Positions 25,611 to 39,334 are shown, numbered from the whole stretch's first letter. The stretch is 61,867 nt of DNA, filler included, from Choristocarpus tenellus KU-1152 (GCA_964200185.2; 9 parts of 9 records of this genome joined end to end with filler, not necessarily neighbours in it); one strand, 5' to 3'. A program made the numbers and translations. Notes: generated from the letters alone by a model not told the origin.

Positions 25611-25789
25611 GGCGCAATGTATCTGGGGGGGGTGGCGGCTGTCCACTTGGGGTCAATTCTTTCATGTCACGATTTTTTGTGTGATTTGGTTGCATACGTC
25701 GGATGGATAATGCAAATGCACTTTCCTTGACCTTGACCCAAATGAACACCCTGGTGTAGACTCCCCTCCCCCCCAAGATACTTTGGGTC
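25611..25789 (+). mobile_element. MITE family A copy
   Basis: GGCGCAATGTATCTGGGGG...CCCCAAGATACTTTGGGTC; flanked by AACA/AACA. Confidence 0.88.
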
Positions 25790-25897
25790 AACACTGGGTG
25801 TGACAGTATCGAGGTGACTTTTGTTCGTTATTTGTACAAACATGGAGACTCCTGTTGTTTGCAGGGTCAGATCCACACGCATTTGGGAATGAGTAAA

Positions 25898-25942
25898 TAC
25901 CCCAAATGGACAGCTGCCACGCCCCCCCAGATACTTTGAGCC
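25898..25942 (-). mobile_element. MITE family A terminal fragment
   Basis: CCCCAAATGGACAGCTGCCACGCCCCCCCAGATACTTTGAGCC is the reverse complement of the family A left end. Confidence 0.65.
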
Positions 25943-26149
25943 TTCGTTGTGGGACAAGCACAGGCATGCAAGTGATATTAATGCAGCCACTTTGGAAATC
26001 ACACCAGATGAGACTGTTCGGGTAGTCACACCCAGAGGAAAAATCCTCTGGGAGTCGGCCAAGCCCAGAGCTATATAGTGGGGTGAGAGGAGTTTTTGTG
26101 TCGTTTCTTGGGGTTGTGCCCATTTTTTATCATTATTAATATGTGTGTG

Positions 26150-26191
<42 letters not shown>

Positions 26192-28505
26192 TGTGTGTGT
26201 GTCCAGTGGTTGGGATAGGAGTGGCGGAACGTTGCAGGCGGATATAGTTATGGTTAGGATTTAGTCTGCTGCCACCAAACAAGTAGCACAGGTACAACAA
26301 AAAAGTCTATACCATCCCCTTGACAGTTGTATACGAATCTCCCCAAAGTTTTATTCTGGTCTACAAATTACAACTGTTGTTGTACGGAAAAAAATGTATT
26401 TCAATCCCCACAGGTAGCAGTGTTTAGTTATATGAAGCAACTATTATTAGCTACGGAGTGCTGGCACCTCTCTGTTTCTGTAATAATCCACGGAGAGGAT
26501 TCTGCTACACTTGTAGAACTAAAAAATATCAAGCAGACGAAACATTTTATCGATGCAAAATTATGTTCAAGGATTTCAGCAGAACAAAGTCGATGAGTGA
26601 CAAAGAGAAAATGAGTACTCTTGAGGAGAAGGTTCCACATAGCAAACAGCTACTACTGCTCTAGATACCTAGAGTCCCACATACAGCATATAAGAAGCGA
26701 TCATTTTCTCACTGTAATGTAAAATGAGATCCTTCAGGGTGTATACTTGTAGAGCTTCTCAAAGTCGAGGTAAGCAAAGTTGGGGTGTCTCGTCTTCGGT
26801 TGAAATGCGCCCCTTGCTCGAGTGCGGTATAGTATGGCATTATATAGAAGATAGATGATGGTGGGTGAACTTACTGGTGGGCTACCCGATTCTAGGTTTG
26901 TTTTTCATTAGTATATTCATAATATATTGCATATACAAAAAATGTCAGTGGGCATAGATATATTATAGTATTATACTACATTCTATGTAGTAATTACAAG
27001 AAAACATTAGTAGTAGGAGCTTTGGATTGGTTGTGAGTCACTTCACTATCAATATTATACGGAGAGATCAAGTTCAACGATCACTTTTCATCAATATCAC
27101 AGGCGAGGATGAAGACCACAACAGTTACAACACCTTCGGCAATGAAATATATAGTAACACCTTTATGTGATTAAATCGTGTAATTACAACTCAACCTGAT
27201 TTCCCAAACATCCAACCCACCCATAAACACACTTAATTACGTAACAAAGCAGATACTACATGGAGGTGCACTCCTATGCCTATAACGCAAAACTCAATAT
27301 CCATGTCTGATTCAAACCACAATACAGGCTGTAATCTGTTCAAACTTCTGACTTTGGAGTTGTTCGTTCTTAATAGATCCCACCTTCAAACCCACTACCC
27401 TAACCTTACAACCTACAAGTACAAGTACTTATTGAATAGTTTTTTTTTGTTGGTATCCGAAGTTGAAGAAAAAGTTAGTACCAAATGGGAGTGTATAATT
27501 TCTAGTAGGAGGAAAAAATAAAAACGAACACAAAATAAAAACTCATCTACTTCCAAGACATCGATTCAATCCTCTGCTAACAATATACTCATCTATTAAT
27601 ATGACCTTTGTCCTTGTCGATGTTATTGAAATGATTGTATCACCATTGAACTGGAGGATGTAGTGTAGTCGTAGAGGGAGTAAATGACAGCCTTGAAATT
27701 CCAACACGAGATACACGAATAATATATATTTTTTTTTCACCAGAAAAGGATGATGGACATGTCTGATTTTTCTTACCCCTCTTTATTGTTAAGGATGACG
27801 CTTCACGCCAACCATCTCTCACTCTTCATCCTTTGTTTCACATTTGATAAAAGGTATCTATTTTTGTTTTACATTTTGTCGCCACATTGATATTCTACTA
27901 CATATTATTGTTAGTGTTGTCCTTACTTCAATCTGCGCACTATCCCGACACATGGTCAGAGGCACTACATACTGTACTACTGACGAACTCTTGCTATAGG
28001 ACTTGCCGTACTACCCCTGTTCCTACATTGCTTTCTTCTCTGTTGGGTTCAGCCCTCCACCTCTCTCTTGCCATTCCATCTCCTTCCTCGAATCTCCTGC
28101 TGGACCTGCCCTGAAGTATCCACCATGATCTTAGTCTGGCGTTTGGTGGTGTAGCCACACACAGAATAGTGTAGTTAGTAGGTGTACAGTCCTTCGTTCT
28201 TGTTACATGGAATAATAGGAGAATCGAAACCAGACTTTCGTGAAAAAAAGCCTGTTGTGTATTGGGTTTGAACCATCGAAATTCAAGGCTCATGATGACT
28301 TCGAGGAAAAAATCACTGTACCTAATACATGGTATGTAGGATAATGATCGTATACCCTATTCAGTCAACTAAATTGTTAGACCACCACTCCTATTTGAAC
28401 ACATATTCTACACGATGTGGATTTCGTATTGCACGTTTCTTCCTGTATGACTCACAACTCACGCAAGGTTTACACAGCATTGTCAAGAAGACAGCATCGA
28501 GCACT

Positions 28506-30034
28506 ATGGACCCTCTGGGGTGGGGAAAAGCTCAGTCTTTCTTTAGTGCAGTTGTGTTCGACTTGGACGGTGAGTTAAGCAATAAAGGGTGGTTAGAGAA
28601 ACAAGTATGGGCCAAACTCCGCCGACAATCCTGGTGGATGTGACCCGAAGAATTTAATGTCTAGCCAGAGTGTGAACGCCGCTGAACGAATAGTACCCCC
28701 CTATCAGGTACGCTGCTGGACACAGAGGAACTCTCATCACAAGCGATCCAAAGGAGCGTTGGTAAGTTTGGCAAAACCTTCACCTGGGAAACCAAGAAAA
28801 AGATCCTTGGCATGCGCAAGGAAGGTTGGGCACCCATAGTGATTGCAGGCAAGCAAGCTACTATATCTCAAAACCAGCCACTCCCTTACTTTGCTCCCCA
28901 ATTCTGAAGCTTAAGGGCTGCCTGGTAGAAGATGTGTAGAACCTTTCTGTCTATGGTGTGGGGAACCATTTGGTAGGGAATAGGTTGAGTCATACCTCCT
29001 AACGACTGCGTCGAAAACTTAAATTCAATTTTACAACGCTCCCCGCATCATCATGAACATTGAAACTCAACAAATGACGGTTGACTGCAGATCTGGAGCT
29101 GGAGGGTCACTTGTCCCCAGAAAAACTTGGTAGTGAATGGGAGGAGAACTTGCACGAGCTAACGCCTCTGGTCATGAAGTGCAAGGGGGCCGCGGCCATC
29201 ACTGAGCATCTGGAATACTTGCAAGTGCCCCAGGTGAGGCGCAGTTGTATCATTTGCATCCTGGCAAAGATCAAAACCTACGTTTCATTCTCCCTCTGAA
29301 GCGCTCGATCTAGGGTCTCTGTTCGGGATGCCTTGGGTGCAACCACAGAACTAGTGTGTGGGACACTGCTCTTGACTAGAAGGAACTCTTGCGCAAAGAC
29401 CTACCAAAATCGTACTCTCACTCTCTACCTCGTCTATCGGGTCCCGTATATCAGGGGATAGCAACTTCAAGCTCAAGAGAGGCTGTGACTATGAAACGGA
29501 CTAACCACGAGGACCTGTTCAGGCGCATGCAGTGTGTTGTGACAGGAGATGACCCAGAGGTGATTTTAAGCTGGATCTTGAGGTGCAATGAAGATTATTT
29601 TAAGAGGGTTGCTCAATCCTTTACAAGAAGAGAAGTGGTTCCAAATTGAAAAAAGCGGTTGAACCTTGAGAAGGAACTGTTCCGTATCCCAAGCCAAACG
29701 ATGGAAGTTCCTCAGACGCAATGCATCCACCAACTTCCCCCCCCCATCCCTCCAATCACTACTGGACAAGGTGTTGGAGGGCAAGCCTGCAGCGGACATT
29801 TATCTAGCAGCAGCAAGGCGAATGGGTGTTGACCCAGGCCGCTGTTTGGCATTTGAGGATGCTGTAGCTGGTGTGCGATCTGCCAAGGCTGCAGGCATGT
29901 ACTGTGTGGCAGTGCCTGATGCTCGTCTGGACCCTGCACTCTTTTTAGAGGCAGGGGCAGACATTTTGATCTCTTCCTTGGAAGAGTGGGACACCAGATC
30001 TTGGCCACCTCTTAAGTCCCCATTGTTTTCGTGA
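28506..30034 (+). CDS. HAD-superfamily phosphatase, HDHD1/PUDP (pseudouridine-5'-phosphatase/GS1-like), 238 aa
   Basis: Exons 28506-28569, 28708-28848, 29091-29233, 29455-29559 and 29771-30034 total 717 nt. Motif I VFDLDGTLLDTE, motif II IATSS, motif III GDDPEV..GKPAADIY, motif IV CLAFEDAVAGVRSAKAAGM. Intron 2 uses a GC donor. Confidence 0.9.
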
Positions 30035-32595
30035 GAACATTAAATATATAATAGAGGAAAAGGGGATAATTTTGTTTAGTGTTTAGACCTTGGTAAGAGA
30101 ATGTGTCAGAAGAATACAGATCTAAAGGTCAGGATTGCAGGACTTGATCTCAGATATATCAGTGACTCTTGCTGATTGGTGCGAAGAGTCATTTATTTTT
30201 TCTTGTTTGCTTTAGGTGTGTGCAGACAAGTGGGGCAGGTAACTCTGCTCATGATGAGATAAAGAGCAAAATATGCAAGTCGGACTTGCTTTGTGCACAT
30301 ATTTAGGTCTTGCAAGGTGTTGATCCCCTCGTTTGACACAGCAGAGTAACATGTACATACTTTTGGAGACATTTGGTAAGTTGAGGAGGCCTGTTCCTGT
30401 AGAAGTAAGGCCTTGTGTCTCCCATCTGTTGAAGAGAATTCAATTTGGAAACCTTTGGGAACGTGTATGACATTGATTCGTTCTCCTTCAAAAGGTGGGG
30501 TGTGCAGGGTGTGCCGAACATCACATCAGGTGTTTATATTGCAACTCCCATATGTATTTTTTTTCAGTACACCTTCAAATTTTGTTGCAGTATTGAAGGT
30601 GATCAAGGATGTCCTTCCTCCCACCCACCCCCCAAAATGGAAGCTTCCACAACTGGCTTCCTTTCAGAAAATGCCATATTAGATCATATCAGATGTGTAC
30701 CATTTCACACAAAGTGAAGGCACTAACACACACCCAACACCATACTTCCTCTGCCTATGATTGGTTTGGACAGTCGTTTGCAGGTTGGAAAAAAATATTG
30801 CATTGGGAAGGCATTTCTTGCAGTTTCATAGTGGGCATTATAGGATAGGTAGACTATGTCATCATATTTTGCTGGTATATGGGGTACCTCATAGTATGTT
30901 CTTTTAAGACCACAAGAGCTATTGAAAATCTGATACGTTGTACATTTATAGCTAGCCCCACACACTCTTCAAACAGATGCTCAACAGAGGAAGTGGTTGA
31001 AAACTTTCCTAACAAATTGTTCAAATGCCTGGATATTGTCAGAGCTGGCAGTGCTCTTTGGAGTAACTGTAAGTGACCCCAGACATACATATCCCTGTCA
31101 CTCTGTATTACCTCATTGCCAACACCCAACAGTGCACAGGAGCAAGATAAAGTATTACACCGATAATATCCTGAACATAATCCAGGGCAAAGTCAGCTTA
31201 CTGTAGTTGTCCAAGAATATTTCCAGGCCTTGCAGATAAAATTCCAACAAAGAAGTATTTCAACATTCCACCAGCAATGTTCATCACGATTCATGTTTTT
31301 GTTTTCAGAGTGATCCTTAACAAAACATAATGTACAGGATACAGTCTCAAGGCATTCTAAAGTCAGTTGAGGCCTGCTTGTTTGTATTTCTGCTGGAAAA
31401 TGTTGAAAATTGTGGACTGAATCAATATGCACTCTTTGATGGCAATCAAGTTCTGTTGGAACACAAAAAAGTATGTAAGGATCATCACATTCCTCATGAA
31501 ACTAGCTACAGTAGTACCTTTTCAACGATCACAATTTGCTGAGTAAATTCAAAAGTATGGCATTGATTGTACAGTAATAGTCCTTGTGTTCTTGTTAACT
31601 GAAAGAACCTCAACACATTCTATGGATAAGTGTGGAGACTGTAAACTAGAAAACTGTTAAATTAAATAGGTACACTTTATTTTTTGTTTTGAAGTAGTAT
31701 CTATAGAATAGGGGGAATTCTCTGTAACCTTGTGCAACTGTTGAAATATAAGATAAATCTTGCCCACATTGCTGTAACTTCAAAAACTGAGTAGAAATAC
31801 AGGAACCTTCCTTCAATCCATAATTTAGGAAGGTATTTCAAAGTTCCACACCCTACCCCATGCTAATCGCTTTTCTACCTTATATTCAACATCTCAATAC
31901 AACAATACATTCCTACAAAGAACATTTCAGTACCCATTAGTACCTGTAGTGGGCTACAGCTCATCTGTGTGAACCAAAACTTGTAGTGCATGACAAGGTA
32001 CATTATCTGTAAAAAAACATTTCACCTCCTTGTTATTCCTTTGCTTCCAGAGTCAAAGAGAAAATAAATTCATCGTAGTGGTATGTCTCACCTCCACAAC
32101 CTGCTGTTAGTACAGTATACTACTTCCACACAATAGAGTATAATACAATGGTTTGGAGTAACTTATGGTTCAATTCGTACACATTAATTAATGAGTTGAT
32201 AATACCATAACATTCAACCATTGAAGGAGTATTGAAGGTGAGTAGAATCAGGCTTACGTCAAGAGTGTACAAAGCCAAGAAATTGATTATGACTGAGGTT
32301 ACACACGCAATACAAAAAGTAAAACCAGGATGTAAGAGCTTTCAATGGCCAGTCCTCTCAGGCCACCAAGAAGGCAATCCATTCTGTACTTGTACCAGAG
32401 CCCCCCCACAAATTATTTTAGCCAGTTTTTAGTCATTTGTATTAGAGGGAGCCAGCCTGCTTATTCCTGTTTAGTGACCATGGACACCACCACCCACAAG
32501 TAGGGTCTCATCAAAATATGAGCCTTCGCTAGGGTGGATACTGCTGACAGTAGGAGGTTCTCACAGTCACAGTACCAAGTGAGGCACTGACTAGG

Positions 32596-35500
32596 CTAGA
32601 CAAGGTCCACGAAGGGCAAGGCCTGGATTGTCTCCACTTCCTTCCCCTCCATTGAAACTACAAACGCTGCCTTGGGCTGAACAGGAGAACGTTTCAACAC
32701 CTGCCTCTCTGTTGGTTCAAAATGGGATGGGGTATAGTCCAAAAGAGGGGAAGGGGCGAAGGGACATTGATCATGTCACAAACTATCACCCCATGAGTAA
32801 TGATGAGAAAAACAGGCAAGGCAGCTTTAAGACCAATGTCGCAGAAGGTCTAGATGGGAAACCACTGTCAACAAAAAGCAGGACACTATCATAGGAACCA
32901 CATGCTACGAATCACTAAACTGTACATTGAGATAGGAAATTTTGCAGCCCTCCACATACTTGCACAACATTGAATCAACACAGAAAGTACTACTAACCCT
33001 AACCCTAAGAGTACACACGGGAGTTCAAGAGGGGGGGAGGGCGAAGGCACAAACAAGAGCTTGAGCAAAGACACACCCCCCATACAACCAACAGCATTGT
33101 GTTGTGATCAACAAGAGGAGACATCACTCTTCAGTTACATAGGTGGCCCCTTCCAGTGGATTGAACCGACTGAGACGGCCCCATTCCAATTTTAAAAAAA
33201 ACGTCTTCCAACTTCTGAGTCAAAATTAATTCACAGAAAAAATTCAAGGGGACCATACCAAATAACACACACAAATCAAGTAATGCTTTTTGTCACCAAC
33301 ATCTCTTCGAATGAATCAAGAAATGATAACTAACACACAATTACCTGCACTACACTGCACTACACATTTGTAAAAATGTCATTTGAAATGATATCATGTA
33401 CGAGTCGATCACACAAAGTACACACAAAGTTCACACAAAGTACATGTACACCTATTTTCAGACAGCAGTCCACTCACATGAATCAGGGACACTACATTAA
33501 TCTGACCCAAGTATCTTCCTGTGAACACAGTTTACATACTGAACAATGTGCAAGGTGCCATCAGTAATGCAAACATGCCACCTTCGTGTAAAATACTTGT
33601 GCATCTGCTCTACTCTAGGGATGTAAACCCCCAAAATACCAAGGCACTTCGAAACACTAAAATTCTTGCCCACCTCAAGAGCAAAGAACACTGCCTATTG
33701 CTGAGACCCTCACAGGCCGAAATCTAGAAGAAAACCACTCTAATTAGAACTCCTTGACAGCAAAACTGAGCGCTGCAAGTAGCAACAGTTTCATCACCTT
33801 CACCTCATTTGACTGAGAATACTAAACCAAGATTGTATCTAATAATTTAATTTTGTACTGAGAATAAAAAGTTCTATTTTTCTGTACGGTCATTTTAATT
33901 TTAATTTTCTACTAAAATACTAAAGACATGCAGAACTTCCATCTCTTGAACTTGGGTCCCTTCTCTCCTTCAATGACATAACAACCTCAAGAACTGTACT
34001 GATATCCTAACCAGAGTACAAAACTAATGAAAGTATATTATCACCAATACATCTTTGCTCTTTCTTAACACTCAACCTCTCCCCGTCTATTCCGCTGCCT
34101 TCTGAAATAAGAAATGTACAAGAAATAATAAAAATATTCCCTTCTCAAATACTACCACCCCTGATAAAAAGACTGCAATACACAGCCCATACTATATCGA
34201 CTATCACACCAACAAAAAAGAGCCCCATTCCAGCTGGGAAGCCTTTCACCTCACAGCACCACGCTCACCAAATCACCACGTGAGTTCTGCGAGCACTACC
34301 TCACAAATGAGAAGAGTCAATCACAATCACAATCAAGTTCAACAAAAAAAAAACTTACTTCTACCCGACTGACTGATTAAAAAAAACATAAAAACTCATT
34401 TGGTTCAAAACACCGACAAAATTGCTTTTAAGAACCAGAACCTGCTCATGGAAAATAGAGACCAACTCACCACCTCCCTCCTTGGCAGCTTTCTTAGCAG
34501 CCTCGTTACTCTTGATCCGCCTCTTCAGCTCATCCTTGCACTTGGAAGGCGAGACATGCTCAACACGCACGTGGATCTGCTTCACAATGATGCGTCCATT
34601 TACCTACCAGCGAAAAAAATCCGATGAGCAGACCCGGTTGTAGATCATACATGTGCCACCCGTCAAGCACAACCTTGTCAAAATCATACCTTATCCAAAA
34701 AGGAAAATCCCATACAGTGTATGCCTGCTCTCAATAAGGATTGATGTACTTGCACCATCTTCAACCCCACACAATTTACTACATAAACCATACAAACACT
34801 AAAGAAAATTCCAACACAAAAACAAACCCGCACATAGTGCTCTACCTAGTCTTGCCAGGGATACCAAGCGGTTTGTCAAATCTCCTGAGTTGAATGTGCT
34901 TATCCCTATGCAAATTTCCTCCACCATTTTGGAACGTGGTCAACTGACTTTGGGATTGCCTGCTATCAAAGGTGAGGACTGAAGTACACACATCGACTGG
35001 GTAAAATTCTACTATAAAACTCCACTATGGGTCTCCAACTGGGGGATATCATACTGTTGTGTTTGTGAGATCTGCTTCGTCACAAGATTAAAAAATAGCT
35101 AACACACCTGAAGTTTAAACATAGTGTACTACAAAGGAAAACCGGCAGACTAGTGAAATATTCATGACAACCACTTGATATGATATGATACGCAATCACT
35201 TGTTTCCTTTCCTTTACTCTTGATGTTTAATCTGACCTGCTTGTTGACACGCAGTCCCAACGAGCGTTTAGTGACATTGAACACAATACCAGTGCGTCCG
35301 TGGTAGTACTTAAAGGGCATACCCTTATGAATAGAGGGGTTGACCTTGATGTCCACATAGTCTCCAATCTGCCAAGCAAAAAAGTTAAATAGATGGAGGA
35401 ACAAGGGACCTTTTTTCTTATATTCAGATACTTTCAAGTGCATTGCGTAGGCACCATACACAGAACATGGAAAAAATAAGAGGAAAGCACAAGGTACGAA

Positions 35501-36228
35501 TACATATTTATTTGTGGGTGTTTGTGGAATGGGTACCGTCACAGAGGTGAATTCATACCCAAGGAGTTCTTGCTTTTTGTTTGGTATAAACATAGTTTGG
35601 AAATACTAATGGTTTCAGGGCGGGGAGGTTAGAACAGGCGTGAGAGGAGCAACTTGAAAGAAGGATTGCTTTCCCAAAAATATATTTCCAGAGAAGGCAA
35701 AGAAGCTGTTTCCAAATTCTTTCATGGAATGGGGCAGCACACCACTCTTCCTGGGTAAGAACCTTGTTTCCTGTCACCAAGAATAATATGAAATCGATTT
35801 GCCACAAAACACTGTGTCCTTATAAAGTTCTAGATTAAGCTACGACATCGCAAAAAGATGTAGCTCCATAATAAAGTACTCTCGCCGATATGCACCCCGT
35901 TCCCAGCAAGGCATATACTGTCTGTCCCAAATTCCAGGCAAATCCCGAGGCCAGTGGAAGATACAACGTAAATCGAGCGTTCACTTGTGCAACAACAGTA
36001 TTTTCGTGGGAAACTTGATCATGACAGTGCTAAGCTTAGCTTAGCTACTCTCCGACAAGGACAATGTGGCAAATATGAACATGCTACCAAAAAGGATAAG
36101 GGGTAAAAGCTACAGGTTCTTACCTTGTAGCACCGGAGGTATGTGGAGAGAGGATTGACACCTTGTTTGCCAAAGTCACGCGAGAACATGTCACGCGTAC
36201 GCGCGCGATACCCGAAGGAGTGCGGCAT
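32596..36228 (-). CDS. RPL21: 60S ribosomal protein L21 (eL21), 160 aa
   Basis: Exons 36228-36124, 35368-35237, 34603-34471 and 32708-32596, all GT-AG, total 483 nt. Reads [15 protein letters not shown]..., [50 protein letters not shown]...LPFVDLV*. Confidence 0.97.
34892..35028 (-). ncRNA. Candidate intronic box H/ACA snoRNA in RPL21 intron 2
   Basis: On the host sense strand: 5' hairpin, H box ATAGCA (34966-34961), 63-nt hairpin closed by ATCCC/GGGAT, then ACA (34897-34895). Total ~137 nt. No target confirmed. Confidence 0.4.
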
Positions 36229-36902
36229 GGTGACGGCTGGGTTTTATCCTGTTGGAGGTGCGAGGGCAAAAAAATGTGTTAAAAGCGAGTTCGGCTTGGA
36301 TTGCCTCGATAACAAGGAAATACATCCGCATAACTAACCAGAGCGTGCGATTATGGCTATTTTACAATCTCCATCTAATGGTCGTACGTAGAGCAATCAG
36401 GCCCCCTACAAAGCTACGAGGTTGGTTAAACACAAAGCCCAAGAATAACATTGCGAGAGTCATACAAACGCAACGTAGAAGCTTTACATGGACTAGGCTA
36501 AGCTACCAATAAAAATATCTACGCCTAAGATGGAGCAGAGAGATAACTTCGCACACTAGACTGAAGATAACAAGGACAGTCTTGACCCTGTCGTTCCCAT
36601 CACACACTCCCACACCCCCTGCCTCAAACTCAGAAATTCCGATTCATGAGCAGGTGAAAGAGTAAGGAAACCACCCTAGCAGCAAATATCTCCCGCCTAC
36701 CTACCTAGCACTAAGCTGTTCCCCTCTTCCTCGGGCTGGCTCCCGTAGACTGTCCTCTACCACCCCTCTCCACTCAAAGTGTGACAAAAAACAAGCTGAG
36801 AACGCCTACCCGGGTATATAAACGATATTTTTTGAAACAGTAGCAGCAGTATGATACCTACAAACTACTATCGTAAATAGCATCTCAGACGAACGACAAG
36901 TC

Positions 36903-38369
36903 ATGAAGCATGGCGACAGCAGGAGGAGCGTCTCTAACGTGATCCAGAGCCTACTTAAGTCTACCACTAATATCATCCCGCTCAGGAGGTCTCGTCCTGC
37001 CAAACTTCCCCCTCAAAAACCCGTGAGCGTAGTCCAACGCCAGCTACGAGAGGACTTGCAGGTGATATGTCCAGCCACGGGTAGGAGATGAAATCACGAT
37101 ATGCGGCACCTTCTCCGTGCTCACATATATATCATGAGGATCCCTGCACTATGTCTTCATGTTGAATCTACCGTGCAAATGTTAATATGAAGTGATATTG
37201 AGTGCTTTCTCAGAGTCTATTTGAACTATTCTTGTGTCAATCCTGAGTCTGCTTTCAAACCGCAACTCGCGAAAGGTGAATCACTACATCGCTTCGGATC
37301 CACCTCCAGAGGTACTGTTTTATGGGCATGAGGAAACCACTAAGGCCGTAACTTCAATGTCCCAGCTGGGCAAGTTCGAGACGAAGGTGAAAAAGGCTAT
37401 GGATCCGTCCACGTCGAAACAGAGAGTCAAGAATTTGACTATCAATCCCTGCGGTCAGCCAGGTCTCAAATCCTCAGTCTGTCGTACGTTTTGTGCTTCA
37501 ATGAGTCCGTTGATTATTTCTAGTCTATGAAAGTATTCATTTTACCCAAGTATTTTGCGTGTATGTGATGATAGACCCTGCACGAATAAAATGGGTTGAA
37601 GGAAAATAATCCAGAGTATTGTAACATGGTAGACTGTTTGGGATGTACTTAGGTGGATTATTGCTTCAGTCCCTGCTTTTGACCCCATCTGATGTTTCGT
37701 CCTTACTCTTGCATCTATGCCTTGCTTTGAAAGAACCCTGCAGTCAGGATCTTGAAGGAAGGTGATGCATGGCTTGATCAGTGGTGGAGTGATGAGGCCC
37801 CATTGCTCAGTTCAATCCCACGCCACTTGCAAACTTGGAAAGCTGTCTCAGAGGCAATAAAAACACTTAGGCTAGCAAGTTGCAAGTGAGAAATTTGTTC
37901 GGTTCAAGTTAAATATCCTTACTTATTCCAAGTGGCCAGTCAAAATGTCATCAAAGTAGTGCAAGGCATTTCCTACAGAACACAGAAAAAAAATTGATGT
38001 TAAAGGCCCATGCGGCATTGCATGTTTTGTCCTCGAAAAACTTCGACATCTTCTACTTGCGCAATACCTCAGTCACTCAGTGTGCCGCAACTAGTTCCAA
38101 ATTACAGAAATTTGCCTCCAATAGAGTGAGGATGATGTTGTTGAGCTCTAGGTACAGCAAATGTGTCGAACCTCTGACACCAGTCTACAACACATGTGAC
38201 TATGACCCAACCTCATGCAAACACGGTGCTTGATAGGATTGCTTCTGTGGATGAAGATTTTGGTGCACATTTCACTTCGCTGGTGGACCTGGATATTAGC
38301 ATGAATGACCTCTGCATCCTGGAAAACCTACCTTCGAGTCTCGTTAGAATATGTGCATTTGGCAGTGGG
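36903..38369 (+). CDS. Leucine-rich-repeat protein (LRRC43-like), 5' exons; truncated by the contig end
   Basis: Probable exons 36903-37061, ~37310-37453, 37744-37885 and 38237-38369. The last two join in frame to give IKTLRLASCKIASVDEDFGAHFTSLVDLDISMNDLCILENLPSSLVRICAFG (LxxLxLxxNxL). The start codon and the exon 2 acceptor are uncertain. Confidence 0.65.
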
Positions 38370-38699
38370 GTAAGTGAGGCAGGGAAGGGGACAATGCACG
38401 CTAAGATTAATTCATTTTTCTGTATGACACAAACGTTAGAGTTGCCAGGAGATGCACATCATAGCTATCTGGTGCATACGCTTGAAGATTTGTCCACCCT
38501 CTTGTAATCAATATGTTGGTTAGATAGTAGCATACATCTGGTCTTGCTTTCAGCATGGCCAGAGGAAAACTTGTGTCCATATCTTTCAAACATCTATATG
38601 TGCTCCTCTTCCTGAGATACAACCCATGTAGTTAGTACCTGAGCAGCTTGCCACTGAGACACATGTTACAAAACCTTTCAGATTTTATTAGGCAATGAA

Positions 38700-38769
38700 G
38701 GCTCAAAGTATCTGGGAGGGGGTGGCGGCTGTCCATTTGGGGTCAATTTTTACATGTCAAGATTTTTGG
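38700..38769 (+). mobile_element. MITE family A, left part, truncated by the linker
   Basis: GGCTCAAAGTATCTGGGAGGGGGTGGCGGCTGTCCATTTGGGGTCAATTTT. Confidence 0.8.
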
Positions 38770-39093
38770 NNNNNNNNNNNNNNNNNNNNNNNNNNNNNNN
38801 NNNNNNNNNNNNNTTAATTAATTAANNNNNNNNNNNNNNNNNNNNNNNNNNNNNNNNNNNNNNNNNNNNGACATGAGGAAAGTGAAGGATGTGGCACCAT
38901 AGGCCACCAGTTCCAGCACAGCCTCATCATCCTTCACAGCCCCCTCCACTGCAATCGTAGCGCTGGGAAACGAATCATTTTTCCGTTGCAATTTCTTGCT
39001 AGCGGTTTGGGTTCCCACCGTTGGCAAGTTTGTATCCTACATTATTTTCGTACACAGCCGGGAAAGGACATAAGAGAAGGGTCAGAAGACAGG

Positions 39094-39139
<46 letters not shown>

Positions 39140-39334
39140 AAGCTGTACGTGGGTGCGTAGTTTTCTGTGTCTCGGGATTGCCAGTGATCTAACATTTAGA
39201 TATCAAGGCTACACACACGAGCATGGTGTCCCATAATATTTGGGTACTCTATCTTGCATATCCTGAAGAATAATATTACAGTAAGAGTATTGCAGAAGAA
39301 TGGGAAGGATGTCCTCAGGCCTTCCCTCAGTATG

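Noticed and set aside
33095-33800. snoRNA candidates in RPL21 intron 3 (hairpins near 33100-33185; C-box-like sequence near 33792)
   Set aside because: No H box between the hairpins and no D box at a suitable distance.
39021-39236. Poly-glycine ORF
   Set aside because: Translation of a poly-G tract.
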